From positions 1-33,132 of the forward strand of contig BDIP01000080.1 in assembly GCA_003568945.1 (NCBI GenBank): 33,132 nucleotides of DNA, read 5' to 3'. Source of the DNA: Kipferlia bialata (Eukaryota). Below the pieces are notes generated by a model. The model was not told where the DNA came from and did no database searches. It saw only the letters and a program-made list of their open reading frames with translations. The translations under genes were made by a program, and so were the position numbers. Below, piece by piece: positions 12,401 through 25,382 of this stretch. The number at the start of each line of letters is the position of its first letter. The stretch's first letter is position 1.

Positions 12401-15166
12401 CTCTCTCTGTCTCTCTCTACATGACACTGACTGACTGAGTGTTTCTCTAGTGACATGAACTCACCCCCTAGGCCCGTGCCAACATTGTGACCCTTCTGGA
12501 CAGAAGTGCCCAGAGCCTCACATACAGTGTCAGCCAGGTAGTTATATATATATATATTACATACTATATATATATATATATATTTGTTGCGTGTTCACTT
12601 TCAGTGTCAGCCAGGTAGTTATAGTTATTAGTAGTTATATATACATATATGTCACTGTATATACTTTAATATGTATGTTGTGTGTTCACATACAGTGTCA
12701 GCCAGGTAGTTATTAGTAGTTATATTATATATACTATATTATGTATGTTGTGTGTTCACATACAGTGTCAGCCAGTTAGTTATTAGTAGTTATATATATA
12801 TAATACAAAATATGTATATATGTATGTATATGTTCACATACAGTGTCAGCCAGGTATAGACTTAGTAATGCATATGTATAACTATTACATAATATGTATA
12901 TATATGTATATATTATGTGTCCCATAAAGTGTTAGCCAGGTAGTTTTATGCCATACAGTTTTGTTTCAGATGTGTGGTGTTCTCCACTTGCATCATGTAA
13001 TGAATGCTCTTGTATTTGATAACGTGTCCTTCTTCATTTCGAGTATTCCATTTGATACACTCTACCATTTAGGAGTATCTGTGTTATATACCATGTCACT
13101 ACTTGTGCATTTTCCCGGACTCACCCCCAGTCCACCGCGACCAAGGTCTCCTCCTCGTATAGTGGAATATTTACATATCCGCCACTCTCTGTATTCCCAT
13201 AGAATTGTTCAACCACTTGCAAGTACTCACCCCCAGTCCACTGAGACCAAGCCTCACAACAGTATACAATGTATATATACTCCATGCATTCCCATTCTCT
13301 ATACTGATACCAGTCCACCGAGACCAAGCTCCCCACCCTCCTGTCCAGACTGGAGGCCAGGCAGGGCAGGGGGTTTGAGTACATAGAGGACATATCATGC
13401 ACACAGGTGTGTTGGAAGTAGTGTATATATACACTATATATACAATATTCAATGAGACATTTCGCGTATCCACTATGTCCCCCTCTGTCACCCGCCCCCT
13501 CACCCCCAGACCAGTCTGGAGGAGGTGTTCATCAATGTGGGCCACAGGTACAGTATGAGCACTATTGTAGTGAATATGTCTGGAATTAGTTACAGTGATA
13601 CTCATACTTACTTACAGATACTGACATTGCGGTGTCGCTATCAGTCTATGTGGTATCACCTGTATATGTATGCATTGTATACTCATGGTATCAGGGCCAT
13701 GGTTGCCTCCCATGCGCAGTGTCTGGCCAACATGCATCTACCTGAGGGCACGGACGAGAGCAGACGCATAGTGCAGCAGGTATATATTTGTATATGTATA
13801 TGTATATCACATGTATATCACACATATCATTTCCCTTTCCTCTCTCTACCTCTCTGCCTAGTCAGACTTGCCGTATGGATCTATATGTGTGTAGTTACTT
13901 ACCCCTTACACTAGCGAGAGGTTCTTGCCTGGGCATACGTGTGTATACGTATATATTTATATATATACATATATGTATGTATAGTAAGATTGTATGTCAA
14001 TATATATATCTAACCCTAGCGAGAGGTGCTAGCCTGGGCAGGCACTGACAGCTCTGAGCAGTGGATTGAGTCCACTCCCCCTCCTTCCCCCTCCCCACAG
14101 ACACAAAGTGCAACAGACAGGTATGTGTATGTATAGGCATATACAGTTGTAGTATATACAATACACTGCACGTCTGACAGATGCTATGCTTGTATATTGT
14201 ATGGTACACAATATTATGGTTGTACGGTCATTACACAGACATCTAGACAGAGTGCCTCAGATCAGGTGTATGTACTCATGTATGTTGTGCTATATCCATT
14301 CATTAATGTCACGTTCCCATCTCTATGTCTTACCCCCAGTTCAGCTTGTATGTATCTATATATATATGGAGTATTCCCTCTATGTCTTACCCCCAGCTTC
14401 AGCTCTGTGTCTGACAAGTATATGTATGAAAGTGTGAATATGTGTATTACATTTGTGTGATAGGATCCAATGTTGTGCTTACCCCCAGCTTCAGCTCTGT
14501 ATCTATATACATATGGAATGTTTCCTCTGTGTCTTACCCCCAGTTTCAGCTCTGTCTCTGACAGCAATGCAACCACCTCGTCTAGTACAGGGGAGATCAC
14601 AACACATGGGAACAAGGAGAGCAGGTGAGGGAGAGATAGAATGTGTGAGAAATGAGAGACGTGATGTGATATTGGTATAGTGATTGTCACTCCCTACCGC
14701 TCATCATAGGAGAGAGAGAAGGAGACGCGAACAAGAGGAGGCAGAGGCAAAGGTATGGGGCTCTCATACATACCTACATCCTAAATGCTATATCTCTCAG
14801 TTCTGATCTTTGAAGAGCCCACTGTACAGACCTAACACTTGTAATGGTAGTGACATGTCTGTGCTTATCTCAGTATTTGATCTTTCTGTAGTGTCTCGCT
14901 ATTTGTTTTGTATTGAGCCGTATGCATGTGTATCTGACCCTCAGATTGATGTGCTCAACCCACCTCTCAAGAGGCCTAGATACGCCAGGGGTCTCTTTGC
15001 CAAGCTGTGGGCGGTGGACAGGTGAATATTATTGTATTTATACATATGTGTACATATGAGTATATATATGATGTATTTATAAGTAATAGGTTTGCATGTA
15101 GTAGCATATACTTACTAGGATACATACTATCATTTGTACGCTGTGGGCTGTGGACAGGTTGTAATA

Positions 15167-15200
<34 letters not shown>

Positions 15201-18178
15201 GTGTATGTGTATTCTTTTATCCTTCTTTCACTCTCTCTCTATATACTATGCCCATCTCTCTCTTACCAATAGGACCCGTTCCTGTGGCCTCATGGGTCTC
15301 TCTACACATAACAGTGTATTATATATAGTGTAATATACGTAGAGTATATGTCTCTTACTCATAATAGGACCCGTTCCTGTGGCCTCATGGGCATCTTCCT
15401 CCTGCCCTTCCTCTGCCTCATGATATCATGGCTGCTGGTGGCACATCTCTTCCCATTCATGGTTGACTTGGTGGATGAGTATGTGGGTAAGGGAGAGACA
15501 TACATATATATGTGTATACAATGTATCGCTTGGTTGACGAGTATGTAGGTAAATATATATTTATATACTATATACAAGTGTAACTAGGCTACCGTGTCTC
15601 TGCATATACTATCAGTTGTGCATCTCAATCATATGCCCCTGACCCCCCAGCTGGCTACATCTATTTATAGTATAAATTTTATACTGGTATGTATTTCCTC
15701 ACCCACCAGGTGGCAAACGTATATTCATTGATATATATACCCCTCACCCCAGCTGGCTACATCGATGAGGCTGAGGCAGCCTGTCAGCTCTGTATGCTCA
15801 GCAACTACGTCCCAGACAACCTGGTTAGTGTGTAGTACTCGCAGTATGAAGTATAGTTGACTGGTCTTACCCACATTCTAAGTCTCTATGTATACATATG
15901 TTGCCTATCCCCAGTGTGCCTATCTGTGCCTGATTACCAGCCCCCAATTGATACATGGTAATATGTATATATATATATATATGTATATGCCAGTGTCTGA
16001 CATTCCAGTACCCCACCGAGCCCTGCCAGGGGTATGACATGCTGGGCAACCCATATGTATGCACACTGCTAGACCAGTACAAGGGTATGTAGTGTGAGAT
16101 ATACGTGTACATATGTGTAGTGTGAGATATGAGTGTACATATCTATGTCTGCACACTGCTAGACCAGTACAAGGGTATGCTTATGAGAGATATACGTGCA
16201 TATATACGTCTGTACACTGCTAGACCAGTACAAGGGTATGACCGTATATATGCTTCTTACACGCAGTGTTCTCTCCCTGTTAGTTTTCCATATATACGGT
16301 CTACAATCATAATCAGTATCCATCTTACAGTGTCTGTACTCTGCTAGACCAGTACAAGGGTATGAGTACATGCTATATAGTTCTAGTTCCAGTTCTAGAC
16401 CAGTGCAAGGGGATGCTTATGAGAGATATGTGAATAGATATATGTATATATCAAGGCTACGAGTATAAGCTTACTTCTAGTACTCTATTCTCTCGATATT
16501 CTCATGTTCAGTTCCGAAACCATACTAATCAGCATATATCTTAGTATATTGAAGAGGTACAGTTCATATCCATCTAACAGTCAGGCAATGTACAGTTCCA
16601 AGAGGCCACAGTGTTTGGTGACCTTTCTCCTAGGTATGGTGATCAGACACTTCTATATGGTTGTAATTATGACACGCGTCTATTGCACATTACATTACAT
16701 GTATTCTAATATCAGCATGAAGCGCTATGCCGTACCCGTGTCCATGACTGTGTTTGATGGGACTAGGTTCCCACTTGACAAGGTAGGGATATCTCCATTG
16801 TGTCACTCTATCCTATTTGTATTCACGGTAGTCTCCGGTCCAAGGAGGAGAGGGCTGTCTTGGTTGTACTGTGTGACTTCTACTCAGTGTATATATATTG
16901 ACTGTCTCACCCCAGCTCTCTGATGTCTCCTCCATGTCCAAGCAGGAGACGTCCATTGACATGTATAGTTATATATGTCTATGCCAATATATACATTCAT
17001 ACTGACCCCAGCTGTCTGATGTCTCCATCATGTCCAAGCAGGAGAGGGCAGAGTATGACCCATGGGTGGAACTGGCACAGCTCGTGGAGGCAGAGGTACA
17101 TATGTAGTGTACTTCATACGTATAATGATTCATCGATTTTGCTTTTGGGAGTATTGGGCACAGCTCGTGGAGGCAGAGGTACAAGGATGTAGTATATGGT
17201 ATATATGTGTGAGTGGATGAATGTATGTATGTGACACTGTGTCTGGCACAGCTGGTAGAGGCAGAGGTAGGAGGATGGCATAATGTTTTCACAATTGTAT
17301 TGTATTATATCGTTTATATAGGTGTATATGTGTGACACTGTGTCTGGTACATATAGTAGAGGTAGAGTTATATGGGTACTGTACAGAAAGTGTATGTATG
17401 ATTATGACATAATGCATGGTGTCTGGCACAGTTAGTAGAGGCAGAGGTATGACGTACGCACTGTGTTGAAATATATTGGAATTTGTTCTTCTGAACAATA
17501 TTGTAGCGTGTCTGACAACTGGTATAGGGTATTCATGTTAGTGAGAGTTGTCTCACGGCCTCTGTCTCTCACCCCAGCGATCCCTCCTCCCTACTGACCT
17601 AGATGGCACCCCTATTGTGGCTGCCCATCATGGGTCCCTGCCCCCAGCAGAGTCCATGGTCATTAAACAGGTATGAATGGATATATATCAGTCATATCGA
17701 ACATGTGTTTCATATATTCAATTATTAGCACTGTAGTCCTTGTATAATGCCTAACGCCAGATTGCCCCCACCTACTCCAACGAGAGAGAGCACGTCGCCA
17801 ATGACCTGGAGTACCTACTGCTACAGGTATGAGGGTGTATATATATGTGTATATATGTTGATATATATGTGTAGGTGATACCCTTGATGTATCTGCTACC
17901 ACAGGTATGGCATGTTTGTAGATAGAGTGCATTGTGATGTATACAGAACAATGATGATTACCACACACTGTCCCTCACCCCAGTCGGAGGTCTCTGACAT
18001 ATATTATACGCATAGTCTCTCACTCTCTCCCTCTCTCTCTCTGTCTCACTCCATAAAATCATATGTATAAACGCATTGTGACTCACCCCAGTCTGAGGTC
18101 TCTGACATATACACAGCGGCTGGGCTGGATGACCCATACCTCCCAGGTATATGATAGTATGCCATACCTCCATATATA

Positions 18179-18222
<44 letters not shown>

Positions 18223-21200
18223 GATTGGAGTATGCGTCATGTCATTATGAGTCATTCAGTGCACCATCCCTCTATGACCCATACCTCACAGGTACAGCAG
18301 TGTTATACGTATTCTGTGTGTTAAGATACTTAGTGTAGAATACATAGTATTGTGAACGCATATGCACATATATACACTGCCAGTATACACAACCATCCCT
18401 CTGCCCCCCAGGTGTCAAGGGCCTAGTGGCCCAGTACACAGCATAGTATGACATACCTACCTACATATGAATATATATATATACTGTGTTCAATTGTCTT
18501 GTATCATATTCACTTATCATCAGGTGTCAAGGGTCTAGTGGCCCAGTACCCAGCTGCCATCGGGGAGAGATACGCCAACAACGTGACATACGACCACTAC
18601 CTGGACACATTCGCAACCATCGTAGGTATCGCCTATCAGATGTCTTTTCATATTATACACACACACATAAATATATGTATATATATAACATATTACAGCA
18701 CATGGTCCTCGACATACGACCACTACCTGGACACATTCGCAACCATCGTAGGTATGGCATCTATCAGATGTATCATCATTACAGTATAATAATGACCACT
18801 GGATGCTATACCGATATGCAGAACCGGCATAGTGTATGTAATTCTTCTCTCACAAACACTATACGTTATAATATCGTGTGGGCCTCTTGTTCAACTCCTC
18901 TGACCCTCTCATGCCCAGGTGTGGATGAGCCCCTCTATCATGATGCATGGACACTTGAGAACTACGTCATGTACCAGTTGAGGTGTGTATATGTATATGT
19001 AGATGTATGTAAATTATAAAGATTGTGCATATGTTACCTGTATAGACACTGTTACTACGTCATATATATAGTATGTGTATAGTATATGTATAGTATGTGT
19101 AGTGTATATAGTCACTCATTAGCAGGTCCCACTACACCCGTGCCTCATCTGATGCAAACTACATGGAGGAGCCGGAGGTAATTGCAACAGTATAATATGG
19201 GTATATAAAAATATATATATTTAATGTAGTATGAATACTTGTAACTACTACATGGAGGAGCCAGGGGTATATAGAGTATATTATATATATATATGTTATG
19301 GTGTGAATACTTAGAAGCAACTACATGGAGGAGCCGGAGGTAATTATTATAGTATAATACATATATGCATTGTGTCAAGATGTATATATGTATATATATT
19401 TACATTGTGTTATGATTACTAGTAACAGCCTCATGGAGGCGCTTAAGGAATGAGGTTTATAGTGTGGACAGTGGTGTTCATGTTCATTTGTACACACTGA
19501 CCCCTAGGCCATCCTCCAGTCTGTTTTCAGTATATGGTATACATAGTATATATAGTATACTAATGTCTGTGTATGAGCACCCTAACCTTCAGGCCATCCT
19601 GCAACCCCTCCGAGATCTCTACTCCCGTGTCCCCTTAATGACCCTGTACCTCAGTGACTCCCCTGACAGTCCTGTCCAGCAGCCCACACTGCAGACATTC
19701 ATGCCACCTATGACAGGTAGAGACTGGACACACATGTATATATACTAAATGTATGCTATATGTATAGACATTGAGTCAACGCTGCAGACATTCATGCCAC
19801 CTATGACAGGTGCATAGCATATATATATGTAGTGATATATATACATATATGTACACCATGTACTCTAATTATATAGTCCACACTCCAGACATTCATGCCA
19901 CCAATGACAGGTATATCATATGTATAGAGTAGATGTATATAGTTATACATAGTGTTGATATATATACTATTTACTCTGTGTATACAGACATGTAGCCAAC
20001 ACTGCAGACATTCATGTCACCAATGACAGGTAGACACTGCTCGCATTATTCTATATCTACATATGGATGTTCTATATATGGCACACCCAGCCTGCTAGGA
20101 GATATATTCTATATAGTGATTGGTATACAGTTCTGACCTCAGGTGTGCGTCCCTACAATGCCCTGCAGCTCAGGATGAGTTGGACCGGGATAGAGGTGTG
20201 TATGTGTCTTGCATCTAAGTAACTGTTCTCTGCATAATGATGTATACTATATACTTCTCTCCCCTGTACCACCTCACCCCCAGGAGGGCACTGCCGAGTC
20301 CTATGTGGCCAAGACATCAGAGACTATCAACGCACCACCCAGCACACCTAGGTACCATCAGATACATGTCCTTACCTACTGACAGTATAAATTTACGTGC
20401 TTCCTTCACTGGCTATACTGTGGAGTTTGTCTGTGTGTCGTCCTCTCTGGCTCTATAATCATGTCTCCTTCTCACCCGACAGAGGGTCGGGTCTCTTCTC
20501 CAACCCCTTCTCTCTGCCTCCCCACGTGTCACTGGTCAATGACATACATGCCAAGGTACAGCGGCAGTTTGTGGTCTATTTGAGATCTTTCTCATAGGTC
20601 ATTTGAGTCTTCTCATATGTGTACGCTCTCTGCTCCGTAATTTACTTCCAGTCTTGTGTATACATATGTATATGTCTGGTCTAACCCCCTAGCTGAGTGG
20701 CGCTGCCCTCCGATGCTATTAGATGACTCTTGATGTGTGTATATATACTAATATACATATCTATAGTAAGAATATTCGCATTCCCGTTGTCTAACCCCTT
20801 AGCTGAGTGGCGCTGCCCTTAGGTCTGCCACGGGGGAGACACGGGACGGGGCAGGTACACATGGATATGTGTTATTGATAGATATATACACGAGATGGGG
20901 CAGGTACTGCAATATCATACAAGTTATTATGTATATATTTCTATAAACAGGATGTTAACCCCAGGCATCACGGCCTCCTTCCAGCCCTTCAAGTACATAT
21001 GTATATATATATATATATATGAGTGCATGTGCAATGCTATATACCCTCTACCCCCAGGCATCACGGCCTCCTTCCAGCCATTTAAGTACACCAGGGACTA
21101 CTCCTTTGCAGTGCTGGTGGAGACCATAGCCCTGTTCACTGCTGTCATCTTTGTGTCCATAGCTGTCTTGAGTCTGCTACCAGTCTTAGCATATCAGCCA

Positions 21201-24200
21201 GGTGGAGACATTATATATGGACATATATATATATATATGTAGTTGTATGCTGCATGTACTTGCATAACAGCCAGGTGGGGTCATGGATATATATGTATAG
21301 ATATGTACATATATGCATGATACACTTGCATACCTTCCTCCAAGAGGAAATGTGCCACTTGAGTGCATGTCTAACCCGCAGTGATGGAGAGAGAGCTGAA
21401 GCTGTTCAGTCTACTACAACTCAAGGGCATGCCTGCATACGTGTACTGGATCACTCTGCTCGGATACGACATGGCCCTGTGTGAGTGCTACATGTATATT
21501 GTTATGTATTTGTATATGTGTATATATGTATATACCCGATTTGTGTAGGTATACCATCAAGAGCTGTGGTTCTGTGATTGGGCATTACTCGGATACGACG
21601 TGGCCCTATGTGAGTGAAGTATTATGTTTATGTGTACCTATGAAGGCATTTGTTAATAGCCACTTGATGACCTTCTCTGACCCAGGCACCTGCATGACAC
21701 TGTTCCCCAATGTATGAACGGATATAGATATATTAATATATGGGTGTATATTAGTCTCTCTATGCTATTCTAGCTATTCTGACTCAGGCACCTGCATGAC
21801 CCTGTTCCTCTATGTCACGGGGCACCTATTCAGCATTGACGCAATCACAAGGTATCGGCATGTATATATATGCTATATATATATACTATATTTACTACAT
21901 ATATAATGGTCATAGACGCAATCACAAGGTATCGGCCTGTATCATATATATATATCACTTTAGTGTATATACCGTTTTGTTATGAATACATATTCGGCCT
22001 GGCTACTATATTGGCCAAGTTTCCTATTTGTGTCTCTCCCTGTCAGCCCAGGGTGTCCTTCCTGGCCAGTGACTCTTTCTGTTGTCATGACACCATACTA
22101 ACCCTCTGACTCTCTCTCTCTCTATACTATCCTTTTTTTCTCCATACTCTTTCCCCAGGATGTCCTTCCTGGCCCTATCTGTCTATCATCTGATATCTGA
22201 TATGAATATACTATATATACATCACCAATCTCATCCCCAGGATGTCCTTCCTGGCCTTGGTAGTTGTCATGACCATCATGTACTTCAACCTGGTCTGCTT
22301 CGCCATGCTGGTATCAGCATTCCTGCCCAACACTAAGGTACCGTGGATTGTAGTATTTAATAGTATGTACCACTGTCCTCCCCAACACTAAGGTTCACAT
22401 GCAGTGCAGTGCATGTTGGTGTGGCTCTTGAAGTATCCCATATCTCTCATCCAGTATAGTAAGTCAATACAGCGTTACACATACTGCTCCATACCCTAAC
22501 TCCCCTAGGTCTCCAGTGTCCTCCTCAATGCCTTCTACAGTTGCACAGTCGTGGTCACCATGATATTCTTCAGTGTCTATGACCCAGTCACCCTGTGGCA
22601 CGCACTCATACCACCCATGGTACGGAGTATACACGTACTACATATATATTTGTGTGTGTCTATATGCAAATATGGTTCACTTCTGTGTCTATCACCATCC
22701 TCTGCCCTCCCTCACCCCCTAGCTCTGCGTGACCCTCATCGGCAAGATGACATTCAGGGGATACAACATTGTGTCTCTGTTTGAGTCTCCCCTGATGCCC
22801 TTGTTGGCCATAGCAATAGGGGTCGGAGGTACTGTAGATGCTGAGTATTCATATATTCATATCACTCCAATGTGAACATTTACACTCGTCTTGTTACTGG
22901 CACCTAGCCATAGTCATCGTCTACAGTGTTATGCAGAGTTGCCCCATGTCTCACCCCCAGTGGTCTATCTGATCCTCGCTGTGTACTTTGATGCAGTCAT
23001 ACCAAAGAAGGTTGGTGCATGACATATATATTGGATATAGTTATATAGATATTTGTGTATATATTTCACTATGTCTTTGAAACCCTTGTTTATATGTATA
23101 TATGAGCACAGTATTTGTATAGTCATGTCCAAGAAGGTGGGGGGATGCCATGTATATATGTATATATAATAATCCATATATGTGTATATATGTATTTGGG
23201 AGAAGGAAATTTGCTCTTGTCGTGTTCTAATATACATCCTATCGTTAACTGGATACTGCATCGTTCAGCAGTGACTGCCAAGTATGTTCATATATACAGC
23301 AATACCCTCACCTCCAGGGCACTCTGGGTGTGAGGCGGTCTGTGTTCTACCCCCTACTGAGTATCATAGACATAGGGACCATGCTGCTAGGGTACATCAT
23401 GTGCTGTGGGGTCAGGTACGATGTGATATGTATTATATATATTTATATATATATATATACATATAGTCTATGAACTATGTATATCCATAATGATGTCTCT
23501 CATGTGCTTAGGTCATTTACATATTGGGTTCATGTATATGAAACTATGTGTATATAGGCACACGTTGAGAATATGTGCTGGTGAGATGGGTAATAAATGG
23601 TGTTCTTGACCTTGCATGGTGGCTGACCCTAGATACCGACCCAGGCATAGGAGGTCTCCTGTCCAGGCGCAGGGTCAGCCAGAGTACATGAAGGAGGCGG
23701 GTGAGGGGACATGTATGTATTTATATAGTTTACATATTTCTATATACATGTATGTATATAGAGACAGAGAGATGTCACATTGGCCTGAGTACATGACCCA
23801 GGCCCCGATCCCTTCATGCATGGTATTAGTGTATATAGATGTAGTTATATATATATATATATATATGTATGTATATATCTACATGTCTCATATCTTCTCA
23901 TCGCCAGGCCCCGATGCCTTCATGCCAGTTGGTGGTATGCCTGATGAGTACTCGGTGATAGCAGCCAGGGAGACATACGAGGTATATATATGTATATATA
24001 TATATGTGTGTGTGTGTGTTCTACCTACATATATACAGTGATAGCAGCCAGGGAGACATACGAGGTGGGAGGGTGTTGTACACTATATACTTTGTACATG
24101 AGTTCTATGGATATTTATCATAACGAAAACATCTCACTACCAATGTACCCACTCCTCTCACCCCCCAGGCGAGTCAGGCTGGGGATGATGTCAGTCCCCC

Positions 24201-25347
24201 CGGCCACCCCAGAGTGGACCAAGGGGAGGGCGAGGCACTGGGTGATACCGACTATGCACAGAGAGAGGGGGAGAGAGAGGCAGAGGCAGAGGCAGGGGTG
24301 GTCAGAAGTGCCCAGCTGGATGGAGGTATATATATGTATATGGGTGTGACACTCCAAATGCGCTACTGCCCCACCCATCAGAGTATAGCATGTACTATCC
24401 ATTGGTGTCTACTCGCCCTACCCTACAGTACTCTAGTCATCTGTTATAGTCTTAGCATCGTATATATGGATATGTGTATACACTTGCTGTGTTCCCTTAC
24501 CATCCAGTCCGAGAGATCCAGCCTGACTCCGACTGTCCCATCGACCAAGGTCACCCAGACACAGAGGGGATGGGAGGGGGAGAGAGAGAGGCAGACGACG
24601 AAGAGACGTCCATTATGCCCACAGTGTTTGCAGTCAGAGGCGGGGAGGTAGTGGTTGACTCTAGTCTTTCTATCCCACTGCACATACACTGAGATCGTCG
24701 GCTAGATGTCTCAACTATTATACCGTATGTTTACTCACCCCCAGAGAGACCACAACACTGTCTGGGACGGAGGGTTCGAGAGGGACGACTTTGCAGGTAT
24801 ATTCATGCATATATATGTGCATATATATATATATGTGTGTGTGTGTATATATACGGCATATGTGCATGAGGAGAGGGAAGACGTTGCAGGTTGGTGTGCA
24901 TATGTACATACCCATATGTACATACCCATATGTACATACCCATTTGTATATACCCATATGTAAGTATTCCGCAGAGACCATATTCTTTATACGACACCGT
25001 CATGTCCCTCACCCTTAGGCCTTGCCGGTATGCACTCCTCCTCTGTGGACAGTGACACCCAGAGCAGTGCCAGGTGTGTGTGTGGTGTATATACATGTTA
25101 ATATGAGCTCATGCATGTAATAGTATAGTATATATACACCCAGAGCAGCAGTGCAGGGTATGGATATACTGTTGGTACATGAATATGAATATGTGATACA
25201 GTATCTGTACCAGACCAGCAGTGCTAGGTGTGTATAGGATACACATATGTATATGAGCTCAGTAATGTATGCACACATATGTTGTTTGCACATATATGTA
25301 TCATATCACCCAGGTCCAACCAGAGTATACATGGATATTGGGATTTA

Positions 25348-25382
<35 letters not shown>

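Noticed and set aside
12520..12945. CRISPR-like appearance of repeat-spacer arrays (also 8620-8980, 16060-16420, 30125-30520)
   Set aside because: The repeats are copies of exon ends plus splice donors, the spacers are low-complexity and variable in length, there are no cas genes, and the context is eukaryotic.
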